From Acidobacteriota bacterium (GTDB taxonomy: Bacteria > Acidobacteriota > UBA890 > WLXD01), in contig CBDBHB010000008.1 of the NCBI GenBank assembly GCA_965205505.1, forward strand, positions 672,001 to 736,000: a stretch of DNA of 64,000 nucleotides, given 5' to 3'. The notes beneath the pieces were generated by a model. The model did no database searches and was not told the DNA's origin. It saw only the letters and a list, made by a program, of their open reading frames with translations. Within the stretch, counting starts at the first letter, position 1, and each line of letters begins with the position of its first letter. Of this stretch, positions 29,861 through 39,476 are shown piece after piece. A program made the translations under genes and the position numbers.

Positions 29861-29935
29861 GTTGCTTCCTTCCTCCATTCGGGTCGGGCGCCGTAGCGAG
29901 GCCGATCTTGATGGGGGGTCGACCGGGGATCACAT

Positions 29936-30721
29936 GTGAGTCGATTCCAGGAGTCCGAGCGGCGCGCCCCCGCCGCGGTGTGGAACTTGTTTCACGAGCA
30001 TACCGAACTCCGTGCGGTCATCGACGCCGTTCTGGAGGGTCGGGTGGGATCTATTGACCATGCTTGTGAATCGAGTCTGGCCGCCGCCATGCTGCGCGTG
30101 GGCTGTTACAGCATCTTCGGGGGCGACGCTGAAAGCGTGGCAGGCGAAGTGCTAGTCCGTGGTGCCGCCGGCCCGGTCGAGTTGGTCTACGCTGGCGAGC
30201 CTTGGCGTCGTCGCATCGTCGCGATCCATGGACACCGAGCCGTGCCGGATCCGATGCAAGGCTTCGACCCCTCCGGGCTCGACGCCGCAGCGCTCTTGCG
30301 GTTGGCAAGCGAGATACCGGAGGGCTTCGAGGTAAGGCCCCTTACGCGGGCCGACGCCGCGGCCCTCGGGCCAGATCTGTCGCCCAACGGCATGGACGTA
30401 TACGAGTCGCCGGATGCGCTCGTGGAGTCGGGCGCCGGCTGTGTGGCCGTCACTGATGACGGCCAGCTGGCTAGCGTAGCAAGCTCGTACGCCGCCGCAC
30501 TCGAACGAATCGAGGTGGCGATCTCGACCGCCGAGCCGTGGAGAGGTCGAGGTCTGGCGACCGCGGTCGCCGCCCGCTTGCTACACGATTGCCTGGAACG
30601 TGGCGTCATCCCGGAGTGGAACGCGGCAAACCCCGTGTCGCAAGGCCTCGCGCTAAAGCTCGGCTATCGCGTTGGCGGCACGGTGACCATCCTGCGACTT
30701 GGTGGCCGCAACCCGGCCTGA
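29936..30721 (+). CDS. GNAT family acetyltransferase
   Basis: IEVAISTAEPWRGRGLA motif A; PEWNAANPVSQGLALKLGY. Confidence 0.85.
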   Translation: MSRFQESERRAPAAVWNLFHEHTELRAVIDAVLEGRVGSIDHACESSLAAAMLRVGCYSIFGGDAESVAGEVLVRGAAGPVELVYAGEPWRRRIVAIHGHRAVPDPMQGFDPSGLDAAALLRLASEIPEGFEVRPLTRADAAALGPDLSPNGMDVYESPDALVESGAGCVAVTDDGQLASVASSYAAALERIEVAISTAEPWRGRGLATAVAARLLHDCLERGVIPEWNAANPVSQGLALKLGYRVGGTVTILRLGGRNPA

Positions 30722-30772
30722 CGGGCCCGAGGGCGCGGCGTCGAGCACGATCGACGGGTCGACGAGCGCGCC

Positions 30773-32095
30773 TCAGTTGTTATCGACGAACTGTGCCAGG
30801 GGTTGCTGCAGAGTCGGCGTGCCGAGCTCTTGCAGCTCGTACGTCACCCGTAGGGCCGGGACGTTGATCTCCACCAGGTGGCGCAGATCGATCGGCGTCG
30901 CGATCAACACCAGGTCGCAGGGCGTAGCATTGATCGTCTCCTGCAGCTCGTTGATCTGCTCGTCTCCATAGCCGATTGCCGGCAGACACATCTCGGTCTG
31001 GTCATACTTGGCGAAGGTCTCGGCGATGCTGCCGACGGCGAACGGACGCGGATCGACGAGCTCGGCGGCGCCGTACTTCATCGCTGCGATGACCCCGGCG
31101 CCGTACTCCATCTCGCCGTGGGTAAGCGTCGGCCCGTCCTCGATGACAAGCACACGCTTGCCGGCGATCTCCTCCGCACCGTCGACGAACTGTGGCGAGG
31201 CCGCATCGATCACCAGCGCACCAGGGTTGCACGCAGCGATGTTCTCGCGCACCTCCTGGATGTTCTCCGGCGCCGCACTATCCATCTTGTTGATCACTAC
31301 GATATCCGCACGACGCAGATTCGCCTCGCCCGGGTAGTAGCTGACCTCATGGCCCGGCCGATGCGGGTCGACGACGACGATCTCAAGGTCGGGGGCGATT
31401 AGCGGCAGGTCGTTGTTGCCGCCGTCCCAAACGATGATCTCGGCCTCCTTCTCGGCCTCCGCAACGATGGCGCCATAGTCGACCCCGGCGTAGACGATGG
31501 CGCCGCGGCGCACGTGCGGCTCGTACTCCTCGCGCTCCTCGATGGTGCATTCGTGCTTGTCCATGTCCTCGAGCGTTTCGAAGCGCTGCACACGCTGCTT
31601 CACGAGGTCACCGTAGGGCATCGGATGGCGGATGACGACGACCTTCTTGCCCAGCTCTTGAAGTACGTCCACTACCCGGCGGGTCGTCTGGCTCTTGCCG
31701 CAACCCGTACGCACGGCGCAGATCGACACCACCGGAACCGCGGCACTCACCGTGCCGGTCTTCATGCCCATCAGCCGGAAATCGGCGCCCGCGGCGGTCG
31801 TGCGCGACGCCAGGTGCATCAAGTACTCGTGTGAGACATCGCTGTAGGCAAACACGGCCTCGTCGATATCGTGCTCGCGGATCAGCGCCTCGAACTCGTC
31901 CTCGGCACGAATCGGAATCCCCTCGGGGTAAAGATCGCCCGCCAATTCGGCCGGGTAGGTGCGGCCCTCGATATCGGGGATCTGGGTCGCCGTGAACGCC
32001 ACGACTTCGTAGCCGTCGTTGCCGCGAAAATAGGTGTTGAAGTTGTGGAAATCGCGGCCGGCGGCGCCCAGAATGATGACGCGCTTGCGGAGCAT
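30773..32095 (-). CDS. P-loop GTPase, cyclic 2,3-diphosphoglycerate synthetase-like (COG2403)
   Basis: GAAGRDFHNFN, RTGCGKSQT, RHPMPYG, WDGGNND, EDGPTLTHG. Confidence 0.88.
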   Translation of the reverse strand: MLRKRVIILGAAGRDFHNFNTYFRGNDGYEVVAFTATQIPDIEGRTYPAELAGDLYPEGIPIRAEDEFEALIREHDIDEAVFAYSDVSHEYLMHLASRTTAAGADFRLMGMKTGTVSAAVPVVSICAVRTGCGKSQTTRRVVDVLQELGKKVVVIRHPMPYGDLVKQRVQRFETLEDMDKHECTIEEREEYEPHVRRGAIVYAGVDYGAIVAEAEKEAEIIVWDGGNNDLPLIAPDLEIVVVDPHRPGHEVSYYPGEANLRRADIVVINKMDSAAPENIQEVRENIAACNPGALVIDAASPQFVDGAEEIAGKRVLVIEDGPTLTHGEMEYGAGVIAAMKYGAAELVDPRPFAVGSIAETFAKYDQTEMCLPAIGYGDEQINELQETINATPCDLVLIATPIDLRHLVEINVPALRVTYELQELGTPTLQQPLAQFVDNN

Positions 32096-32221
32096 ACGCT
32101 CTCCTCAGATGTCGTGCTCGAAAGACGGAAAGACGAGGAGCGGCAAGGCTATCCGGGCGACGTCCGGGAGGCAAATCTAGCGAGCCAGGCCGGCTCGTCC
32201 CGGCCCGAACCCGAGGCGGTG

Positions 32222-33373
32222 TTATCCAGTCACCAGACCCATCGAGAGGCGGCCGAGACGCTCGTTGCCAGCCTCGGTTATCAGGAAGGTCTCGCCCAGG
32301 GTCATCGCCTGCGCGCTATCGCTGTCCATCAGGATCATATGCATGAAGTACACCTGCCCCGGAGCCAGCACCACCGGATTCCCGCGATACAACATCGGCC
32401 AGTCCATCCAGTTCGGCGCGAAAGTCGTACCCAACGAATAGCCGCAGGCGTTGAGTCGTGCGTGCGTGTAGCCGCGCTCGTCCATGACGCGCGCATGGGC
32501 ATCGAACACTTCGCCGAGGGTCCCGCCCGGCACCAACGCGTCGACACAGGCCGATAGCGCCTCCGTGCACACGCCATGCATCGTCATATGCTGCGGCAGC
32601 ACCCTTCCGATGGGGATCGTGCGCATCAACGCCGAGTGGTAGTGGCGGTACACGCCAGCGAACTCCAAGGTGAGCTGATCCGCGGAATCGAGCTTCCGCC
32701 GGCCTGAGAAATACCGACAGAGCAATGCATCCGGACCCGAGCCGATGATGAACTCGTTGGCGGGATAGTCGCCGTCGCCGCGGAACACCGCCCCCTGCAT
32801 GGCGGCGAGAATCTCCGCCTCATCGGCCCCCGGATGTGCCAGCTCCCAAGCCGCCTCTAATGCGTCGTCGGCTAGCTTGGCCGCCTTCCGCACGTACTCG
32901 ATCTCCGCCGGCGACTTGACGAGCCGCAGCTCCGACACGATCTCGGAGCGGTCGTCCAGCGAGGCGAAGCCCTGCAGCGCCGAGTTAAGCCGCAGCGCAT
33001 TGCGCCCGGTGAGCCCGTAGGCGTCGTACTCCACCCCGAGAAGAGTCCCCGCGAGCCCGAGCTCGTCTAGCAGGTCGCGCAGCGCATCCGCCGGGCTGGC
33101 GTCGCCACGATCCACCCAGATCCTGATGTCCTCGATGTTCGAGGTGTTCTGCGCCTGGCGAAGATCGGGCGCTCGGGTGATCAGCGCCAAACGGCCGTCG
33201 GCAGTGAGCACGAGACATTGAAAGAACACGTACCCGAACGTGTCGTAACCGGTGAGCCAGAACATCGACTCCTGGCGGAACATCAGCAGCCCGTCGAGGC
33301 CGATGTCGTGCATCCGCCCGGTCAACGCCGCGCGGCGGGCCTCGAGCTCCGCGGTCGTGAAGTGTAGTGCCAT
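32222..33373 (-). CDS. M24 Xaa-Pro dipeptidase / ectoine-hydrolase-like protein
   Basis: MFWLTGYD, RLVKSPAEI, YRHYHSALMRT, GYSLGTTFAPNW. Confidence 0.85.
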   Translation of the reverse strand: MALHFTTAELEARRAALTGRMHDIGLDGLLMFRQESMFWLTGYDTFGYVFFQCLVLTADGRLALITRAPDLRQAQNTSNIEDIRIWVDRGDASPADALRDLLDELGLAGTLLGVEYDAYGLTGRNALRLNSALQGFASLDDRSEIVSELRLVKSPAEIEYVRKAAKLADDALEAAWELAHPGADEAEILAAMQGAVFRGDGDYPANEFIIGSGPDALLCRYFSGRRKLDSADQLTLEFAGVYRHYHSALMRTIPIGRVLPQHMTMHGVCTEALSACVDALVPGGTLGEVFDAHARVMDERGYTHARLNACGYSLGTTFAPNWMDWPMLYRGNPVVLAPGQVYFMHMILMDSDSAQAMTLGETFLITEAGNERLGRLSMGLVTG

Positions 33374-33420
33374 GATCAGTCAGTCGACAGCTTCGCGGCG
33401 TATCACCAACAAGGCAACCA

Positions 33421-35844
33421 CTACGACTGCGGCCGCCGGATCTCGAAGCCCCCCGGCGGCTCCTGGCCCAGCAGGTGCTCGACGAAATAATCCCAGGTGC
33501 GCCGAATGACGTAGGGCTCGCTGGCATAGCCGTGATTGCGGTTCGGCATCACCAGCATGTCGAAGTCCTTGTTGTGCTTGATGAGCTCATCCACCAGCAG
33601 CAACGTCGCGTTGGGGTGCACGTTGTCGTCGAGAGAGCCGTATGTCAGCAGCAGCTTGCCTTCCAGCTTCTCGGCCATCAGGTGGTTGGCTTGCGCGTCA
33701 AAATTGTCGCCGCCGCCGGGAAGCTCCTCCAGCAGGCCGTGGTACTTCTCTCCCCAACCCCAGGAGTAGCTTCGCTGGTCGTGGTTGCCCGCACCCGAAA
33801 CCGCCACTTTGTAGAAGTCGGGGAATCTCAGGATGGCGTCGGTAGAGGAGAACCCGCCGCCGGAGTGACCATAGATGCCCACCCGGTCGAGGCCGATCTG
33901 TGGGTACCGCACGGCGAGCTGCTTGATCGCTTGTATGTGGTCGGGCAGCCCATTGTCGCGCATGTCGCCGTAGTAGGCGTCGTGGAACGACTTGGAGCGG
34001 AACGGTGTGCCCGTGGCGTCGATCTGAAAGACGATGAAACCGACTTCGGCGAGCGCTTGCGCGAAGCCGCGCGGATTGGCGGTGAAGCCACGCTCTCCGA
34101 CAGCGCCGATCTGCGGGCCCGGATAGATGTAATCGATGAGCGGGTAGCTCGCCTCGGCGTCGAAGTTGGAAGGAAAGTAGAGAAAGCCGTACAGGTCGGT
34201 CACGTTGTCGCGTGCCTTCACCTGGAAGGGCACCGCCGGGTGCCAGCCGGTTGCTTCGAGCGCCGTTATGTCTGCCTCTTCCAGGATACGCAGGACCTGC
34301 CCGTCGGCACGTCGCAGCACGGTTACCGGTGCGGTGTCGCGCATCGAGTAGGTGTCGACCACGAAGTTGCCCGACTTTGACATGCCGATGGCGTGGTGCG
34401 CGTCCTCGGCGGTGACGCGCTGTAGCTGCGACCCGTCGATCTGGGCTCGGTACAGCTGCGCCGCGTACGGGTAGAGATCTGGTTCCTTGCCGTAGGTCTC
34501 GAAGTACAGCCACCCATCGTCGGCCAGGTGGTGGATTCGCGCCGTTACCCAAGCGCCGCTGGTGACCTGGTTGATCAGCCCCTCGCCGGAGCCATCGAAC
34601 CGGTACATATGGCCCCAACCGCTTCGCTGCGACCACCACACCACCTGTTCGCCGTTGCCCACGACGCGCCAATCGCCACCGTCGGGACTGAACGAGACAT
34701 TGAGGTCGACGAACGTATTGGCGGTCTCCTCGAGCACCACGTGGCTGGCCCCAGTTGCCGGATCGGCGCCATACAGCGTGATTCGCTGGTGGCCGCGGTG
34801 CTCGCGCGGAAAGAAGACCTTGCTGCCGTCGGCAGCCCAACGCATCCCCACCTCACGGGGCCAGTGCTCCTCGATGGCTGGGCTCTGCAACTCCACGCCA
34901 GTACGCGAGACGACATCGAATACCCACGCTCGATATGTTGGAACGATCTCGTCGCCAGGAAGCGCGTAGCGATAGCTGTGCAGGATGGGTCGTCCCAGAT
35001 GCGTCTCGATCAGGTGCATCTGACCGACATCACGCTCGTCGAGTCGCGTGGTGGCGATCTTGGTGGAGTCAGGCGACCAAAACACCACCGGAGGTAGCTT
35101 CGTCTCGCGTCGACGGGAGGTGATCTCCGAGCAACAGCCCTCGGCAATTTGACCGTAGCCGTAGTGCTGTTCGCCGTCCTCGCTGAGCTGGGTCTCCGCG
35201 CCCGACTCCAGGTCGCGCACCCACAGGTTCTCGTCTCGCGTGAAGGCGGCCCAGCGCTTGTCGGGCGAACGAACCTCGTCTTCCGGGTCGGCGGCAAAGT
35301 CCTCCGGTCCCGAGCACTCGTAGCTCGTCAGGTCACAGGTCCACCGGCGCTCCGGCGGACTCGCCTCGGCACCCTCCGCGGTCGCCTCGTCGTCGGTCCC
35401 GCGATCGGACGTTTCTTCCCCCTCCGGTCGCTCGAGCACCTCCCAGAAGCGCAGCGTCTGGGCGTCGTCGAGCAGCTCGATGCTTTCGAACGGCAGCTGA
35501 TAGGGATCGTACGCATGACCGGAGTTCGCCGAGAGGGTGGCGGCCAACCGCACATGGTCGAAGGCGGCGCGTTGTTGGTTGGCCTCCGGATCGACGTAGA
35601 CAAACTCGTCGCCGCTCGGTATTTGTTTGCGGTACCAGAAGCGATCGGTGTCGTCGATCCACTGGGGCGACACCGGGTAGTTGTGGACGAGCTTCGTGGC
35701 GTTCCAGCCCAGCAGGCGCTCGGCGCGCGCATAGTCCTCACGGGTGACCGAGTCGGCTGCTCGCTGTCCGGCGCCCAGAAGCAGGGTCAGCATGACCAGC
35801 GCGATTGCCTTCCGACCTGCGCCGCCCGCGTATCGTGGGGTCAT
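33421..35844 (-). CDS. Secreted S9B dipeptidyl peptidase IV family protein
   Basis: DPP IV N-terminal propeller; YPGPQ, GIYGHSGGGF, GSLDDNVHP, PNRNHG. Confidence 0.93.
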   Translation of the reverse strand: MTPRYAGGAGRKAIALVMLTLLLGAGQRAADSVTREDYARAERLLGWNATKLVHNYPVSPQWIDDTDRFWYRKQIPSGDEFVYVDPEANQQRAAFDHVRLAATLSANSGHAYDPYQLPFESIELLDDAQTLRFWEVLERPEGEETSDRGTDDEATAEGAEASPPERRWTCDLTSYECSGPEDFAADPEDEVRSPDKRWAAFTRDENLWVRDLESGAETQLSEDGEQHYGYGQIAEGCCSEITSRRRETKLPPVVFWSPDSTKIATTRLDERDVGQMHLIETHLGRPILHSYRYALPGDEIVPTYRAWVFDVVSRTGVELQSPAIEEHWPREVGMRWAADGSKVFFPREHRGHQRITLYGADPATGASHVVLEETANTFVDLNVSFSPDGGDWRVVGNGEQVVWWSQRSGWGHMYRFDGSGEGLINQVTSGAWVTARIHHLADDGWLYFETYGKEPDLYPYAAQLYRAQIDGSQLQRVTAEDAHHAIGMSKSGNFVVDTYSMRDTAPVTVLRRADGQVLRILEEADITALEATGWHPAVPFQVKARDNVTDLYGFLYFPSNFDAEASYPLIDYIYPGPQIGAVGERGFTANPRGFAQALAEVGFIVFQIDATGTPFRSKSFHDAYYGDMRDNGLPDHIQAIKQLAVRYPQIGLDRVGIYGHSGGGFSSTDAILRFPDFYKVAVSGAGNHDQRSYSWGWGEKYHGLLEELPGGGDNFDAQANHLMAEKLEGKLLLTYGSLDDNVHPNATLLLVDELIKHNKDFDMLVMPNRNHGYASEPYVIRRTWDYFVEHLLGQEPPGGFEIRRPQS

Positions 35845-35962
35845 CGCCGCCTCCAGGTTGTTTGCCAGACCGATCTGGGTGATCGGGGCGCTCGCCGCGG
35901 CAGCGGTAGGAGCGTCCGGGTGCGTGGGGCCGTACTTTATGTGAACGGCATCATGCGCGCCA

Positions 35963-35989
35963 TGTCCTATTCTGCCGGCGCTGACCGTC
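35963..35989 (+). promoter_or_regulatory. Putative ECF42-type promoter for the YCII gene
   Basis: TGTCCT-N17-CGTC about 50 bp upstream of YCII ATG, resembling the TGTCGA...CGTC consensus of ECF42 sigma factors. Confidence 0.5.
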
Positions 35990-36040
35990 ATCCAAGTATG
36001 AGATCAGATTCCACCGGATCCACACCGAAGGAGGTCAGAA

Positions 36041-36407
36041 ATGGCGGACTACTTGTTGCTCTACCAGGGCGGCGACCCCAACTGGCGAGACAAGCGAACA
36101 CCGGAGCAGATGCAGGCGGTAATGCAGGAATGGGGCGCCTGGTTCAAGGAGCTGGAGGCCTCTGGGCAGCTGCGCAGTCCGGGGGCGCCGCTGCTGCCGG
36201 AAGGCGTCGCCCTGAGGCGCGATGGTGATGGGTTCGCCACCGACACGACGAATGGCCGAGGTGAAGGAACTGATCGGCGGCTACTCGGTCATCGCCGCCA
36301 GCTCGCTCGAGGAGGCCGCCTCGGCAGCCGAGGGCTGCCCGTTCCTCAACCACCACCCCGACGGTGCGGTGCTGGTCAGGCCGGTGATGTCGATGCCCGA
36401 GGGCTAA
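36041..36407 (+). pseudogene. YCII/DGPF-family protein with 1-bp insertion near 36251
   Basis: MADYLLLYQGG...EWGAWFKEL then ACG A ATG shifts to MAEVKELIGGYSVIAASSLEEAASAAEGCP...VLVRPV; RBS GGAGG. Confidence 0.85.
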
Positions 36408-36434
36408 CCGGCCGTGGCGGAAGTGTGGCGGGCC
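36404..36434 (+). repeat. Dispersed 31-bp intergenic repeat, copy 2, followed by CTAG palindrome 36435-36454
   Basis: CTAACCGGCCGTGGCGGAAGTGTGGCGGGCC, then ACTAGTGC-TCCT-GCACTAGT. Confidence 0.55.
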
Positions 36435-36449
36435 ACTAGTGCTCCTGCA

Positions 36450-37734
36450 CTAGTCTCGGCTGCCGGCGCGTCGCACCTGCTGCGCGATGAACTCGCGCTC
36501 GTGCTCGGTGCGCACCTGCGATAGCGCCTGGTCCAGGAACGTGCGGGCCGGCTCCTCGTAGCCGGCTCGCGCGTACAGGTTGGCGAGAACGGCGGCGACT
36601 GCATGGCTATGCGTCAACCTGCCTTCCTCGTGAATGGAGTCGACCAACGGAATCGCTGCCTCTGGCCCGTCTCGGTACGAGATCGCCACCGCCCGATTGA
36701 GCTCCACCAACGGCGCTGGCGCAACCTCCCGCAACCGGTCGTACAGACGGCAGATCGACTCCCAGTCGGTCTCTGCGAACGTTGGCGCCGAGCAATGGCG
36801 CGCAGCGATCGCCGCTTCGAGGTGAAAGCGGCTGGCGGCGACCGCTCCCATGGCCGAGGCTCGGGCGAGATCGCCATATCCGAGGCCGATCAACTCCTGG
36901 TCCCACAGCGATCGATCCTGCTGATCCAGCGGAACGAGACGCCCGGCATCGTCGAGCCGCGATCGCAGCCGAGCCGTGTTGAACCGCATGATCGCAAGAA
37001 GAGCGACGGTGTCGCTGCTGGCGAGCGCAGGGGTCTCCGCTAGAAGGATCGTCAGCCCCAGCGCGTCGCGACAGAGGTGCGTGAGAATCGGCTGATCGCT
37101 GGTCGACAGGTACCCCTCGTTGAACAGCAGGTACAGCGAGGTGTGAACGGTGGCCAGCGCCCCTGCCCGCTCTTCCTCTGGGGGTATGACGAACTCCAGG
37201 CTTCGTACCTGACGACGCGTTCGGTACAGACGTTTATTGATGGGTCGATTCGGTGGTGAGCAGGGCGCGCGCGACTGCCGGGACGCTGAGCCCGCACAGA
37301 GTCTTGAGGATGAGTGTGGTGCGGTTCTCAGGGGTTAGCGATTGATGACAGCACATGAAGATCATGCGCAGCTGGTCATCGCGAATGCCGTCCTCTTGGA
37401 AAGCCTCGTCGACCGTCGGCGACAGCGTCCACTCGCTGTCGAGGTAGACGGCCAGGTCGCTGGCGAAGGTGGGCCGCGTGCGCTCGCGTCGGATCACGTC
37501 GATGGCGCGATTGCGAGCGGTGGTCAACAACCAGGCACTCGGGTTGTCCGGAATCCCCTTGCGCGCCCAGCTGTCCATGGCGCGCACGAACGACTCCTGA
37601 ACGACATCCTCTGCCAGAGCAAGGTTGTGCGGGCCCAGGATGCGCGTCAAGACCGAAATCAGACGGCGCGACTCGTGCCGGAACAGCAGCTCGATCTCGT
37701 CATTCGTTGCCGCGCTAGTATCCGGTGCTTCCAT
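36450..37734 (-). pseudogene. ECF42-type RNA polymerase sigma factor with C-terminal TPR-like extension; 1-bp insertion near 37243
   Basis: LAEDVVQE, PSAWLLTTARNRAIDVIRR, DDQLRMIFMCCH; ACCC ATC shift restores INKRLYR...LYLLFNEGY...LDQQDRSLWD...FHLEAAIAA...LNRAVA. Confidence 0.9.
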
Positions 37735-37740
37735 AACGTC

Positions 37741-37925
37741 TTAGTAGGGTGTTGAGTCAGGAATCCGTTGCATATCATGGCGCGCGCGACTGAGTCGAAT
37801 CCAAGGAGGCTCGACGAGGGCGAATGCTGAGCGTATCGCACAGGAGAACCGACGCCGGAGGTGGGGTGGCCAGTCCCGCGGCCACCCGGTGGGCTGGGTC
37901 GATATGGAGTTGATGCTGTGAACCG
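37741..37925. repeat. Long palindromic intergenic element (MITE-like or structured RNA), copy A
   Basis: Shares CGTTGCATATCRTGG and AT(C/G)C.AGG..GACGAG..AGGAG.A.C.ACGCCG(G/C)AG blocks with 41937-42100; nested inverted repeats. Confidence 0.6.
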
Positions 37926-37958
37926 TAGCCGACCGGGCTCGTCAGGGCATTGGCTGCG

Positions 37959-38948
37959 ATGACGGGTGCCCTTCCGCTGCACGAGTCGCTGTGGCGGCAG
38001 AACCTTGACCTTGCTCAGGCCTGTCTCGAGCACCCGTTCGTTGGCGGCCTCGCCGATGGAACTCTCGACAAGCAGGCTTTCCGCCGGTACGTCGCTCAGG
38101 ATGCGTTTTTTCTTCGCGCCTTCATGGGTGCCTACGCGCTCGGCGCCGCCAAATGCTCAGACCGGCTCGAGCTCGTACGCCGCTTTCATCGCCTCATGGG
38201 CGGGGTCCTCGACGAGCTGGAGTTACACGCCAGTTTCGCCAAGACACTCAGCATCGACCTCGACGCCGTGGAGCCATCGCCCGCGGCCTCCGCATACACG
38301 GATTTCCTGACACGCACTGCATGGACCGGCACAGTGGACGAGATCGTCGCCGCGATGACGCCCTGCATGCGCCTCTACCGCTACCTGGGTCAGGAGATCG
38401 CAAGCGCCGATCACGCCAACAACCCGTATCGAGATTGGGTGGAGACATACTCGGGCACCGCGTTCGGCGAGCTGGTCAACGATCTGCAGGCGATCGTCGA
38501 CGAGCTCGGCGTCGACAACGACGCGGTCCGGCGCAACTATCGGTACGCGATGAGGTGCGAGCTGGATTTCTTCTCCGACCCGCTCCGGGCCTGCTGGCAC
38601 ATTACTGACGTCGATAGCGAATCTCGCCGTCGATCATCGTGGCGTCCACACGACGATGTTGATGAGATCGTCGGTGGCGACGGCAGGCGCAATTCCCAAA
38701 GCCCACAGTTGTGGGACTCACGGGATGTAGAGGATGCTCGCTCGATTGTCGGTTTCCTCGTCCCAACCGTCGAACTTGAGATGCTCGAACGCCTTCAATT
38801 CATCTGCTTTCTTGAGCAATCTGTACAGATCGAATATCCAGCCGCCGTCGTCAGCGAAGAAACCGTCCTCGGCGTCCTCGAGAAGCCCGGCGATTCTGCC
38901 CTCCAGGATCTCCACCATGAACTTCTTGTTCTTCCGAAGTTTTACTAG
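37959..38948 (+). CDS. tenA: TenA/THI-4 family (thiaminase II); homology ends near 38590 and the ORF reads on because the natural stop appears lost
   Basis: HPFVGGLADGTL, FRRYVAQDAFFL, DELELH, AYTDFL, AAMTPCMRLY, NPYRDWVETYS, YRYAMRCELDFF. Confidence 0.85.
   Translation: MTGALPLHESLWRQNLDLAQACLEHPFVGGLADGTLDKQAFRRYVAQDAFFLRAFMGAYALGAAKCSDRLELVRRFHRLMGGVLDELELHASFAKTLSIDLDAVEPSPAASAYTDFLTRTAWTGTVDEIVAAMTPCMRLYRYLGQEIASADHANNPYRDWVETYSGTAFGELVNDLQAIVDELGVDNDAVRRNYRYAMRCELDFFSDPLRACWHITDVDSESRRRSSWRPHDDVDEIVGGDGRRNSQSPQLWDSRDVEDARSIVGFLVPTVELEMLERLQFICFLEQSVQIEYPAAVVSEETVLGVLEKPGDSALQDLHHELLVLPKFY
38602..38684 (-). pseudogene. C-terminal remnant of an amidohydrolase-3 gene
   Basis: AVATDDLINIV(+GT)VDATMIDGEIRYRRQ-TAA parallels the C-terminus of 55019-56665 (SVSPDQLMSIKADITIVDGKVVYERR). 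Confidence 0.6.
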
Positions 38949-38966
38949 TTGCTCTTTCACCGACAC
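38718..38966 (-). CDS. Small hypothetical protein (82 aa)
   Basis: RBS-like AGAGGG before GTG; Lys/Glu-rich composition unlike the GC-rich shadow ORFs. Confidence 0.55.
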   Translation of the reverse strand: MSVKEQLVKLRKNKKFMVEILEGRIAGLLEDAEDGFFADDGGWIFDLYRLLKKADELKAFEHLKFDGWDEETDNRASILYIP

Positions 38967-38999
38967 CCCTCTGGTAGCGCTACGGAACCCGGTACTCGG

Positions 39000-39030
39000 C
39001 TAGCAGGCCATGGTGAAAATGTGGTGGGTC
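39000..39030 (+). repeat. Dispersed 31-bp intergenic repeat, copy 3
   Basis: CTAGCAGGCCATGGTGAAAATGTGGTGGGTC; 26/31 identical to 8495-8525. Confidence 0.65.
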
Positions 39031-39343
39031 AATAGGCGGCTCGCTTGAAGATGGCGACCTTCTCCTGTCCGAGCGCACGTAGGTAGTCCTCGATGCCGTC
39101 ATCGTCCTCCTCGGCAAAACCGAGCCAGTCCGCCAGGTCTTCCAGTGCCCGGAGGGCGATGCTGCAGTCAGTCCGCGAACGGGGTTCTAGCCAACCACCG
39201 TGTCCGGGCGTCAAGGTCGCGCCGCGCAACTGCGCAACTGACGCGGCCGGTCACAGGCTATCGCCTCGCCCCCACGAGTCGTCCCTGCTACTGAAGAAGG
39301 TCGAACTTTTCGCAGCTTCGATTTCCGCCGCTGTCAACTTCAT
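39029..39343 (-). pseudogene. Degraded small hypothetical gene
   Basis: Strong RBS GAGGAGGT and ATG AAG TTG ACA (MKLTAAEIEAAK) with early stop; protein-like C-terminal ORF ALEDLADWLGFAEEDDDGIEDYLRALGQEKVAIFKRAAY. Confidence 0.35.
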
Positions 39344-39476
39344 CTCACCTACACCTCCTCGCCGAGGGGGCCACGGTGCGTCTGTCTTGCCGCGGCCTCC
39401 AGGAGCGACCGGAGCTGCTGCTCTTGCAACTCGTACGGAGTAGTGGCGAGCTTGAGCAGCCCGAGGCGTGCGAGAG

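Noticed and set aside
37800-37958. TPP riboswitch upstream of tenA (GCTGAG present)
   Set aside because: The CCTGA...TAAT..C.GCG.AGG core is absent, and the region instead aligns with the repeat at 41937-42100.
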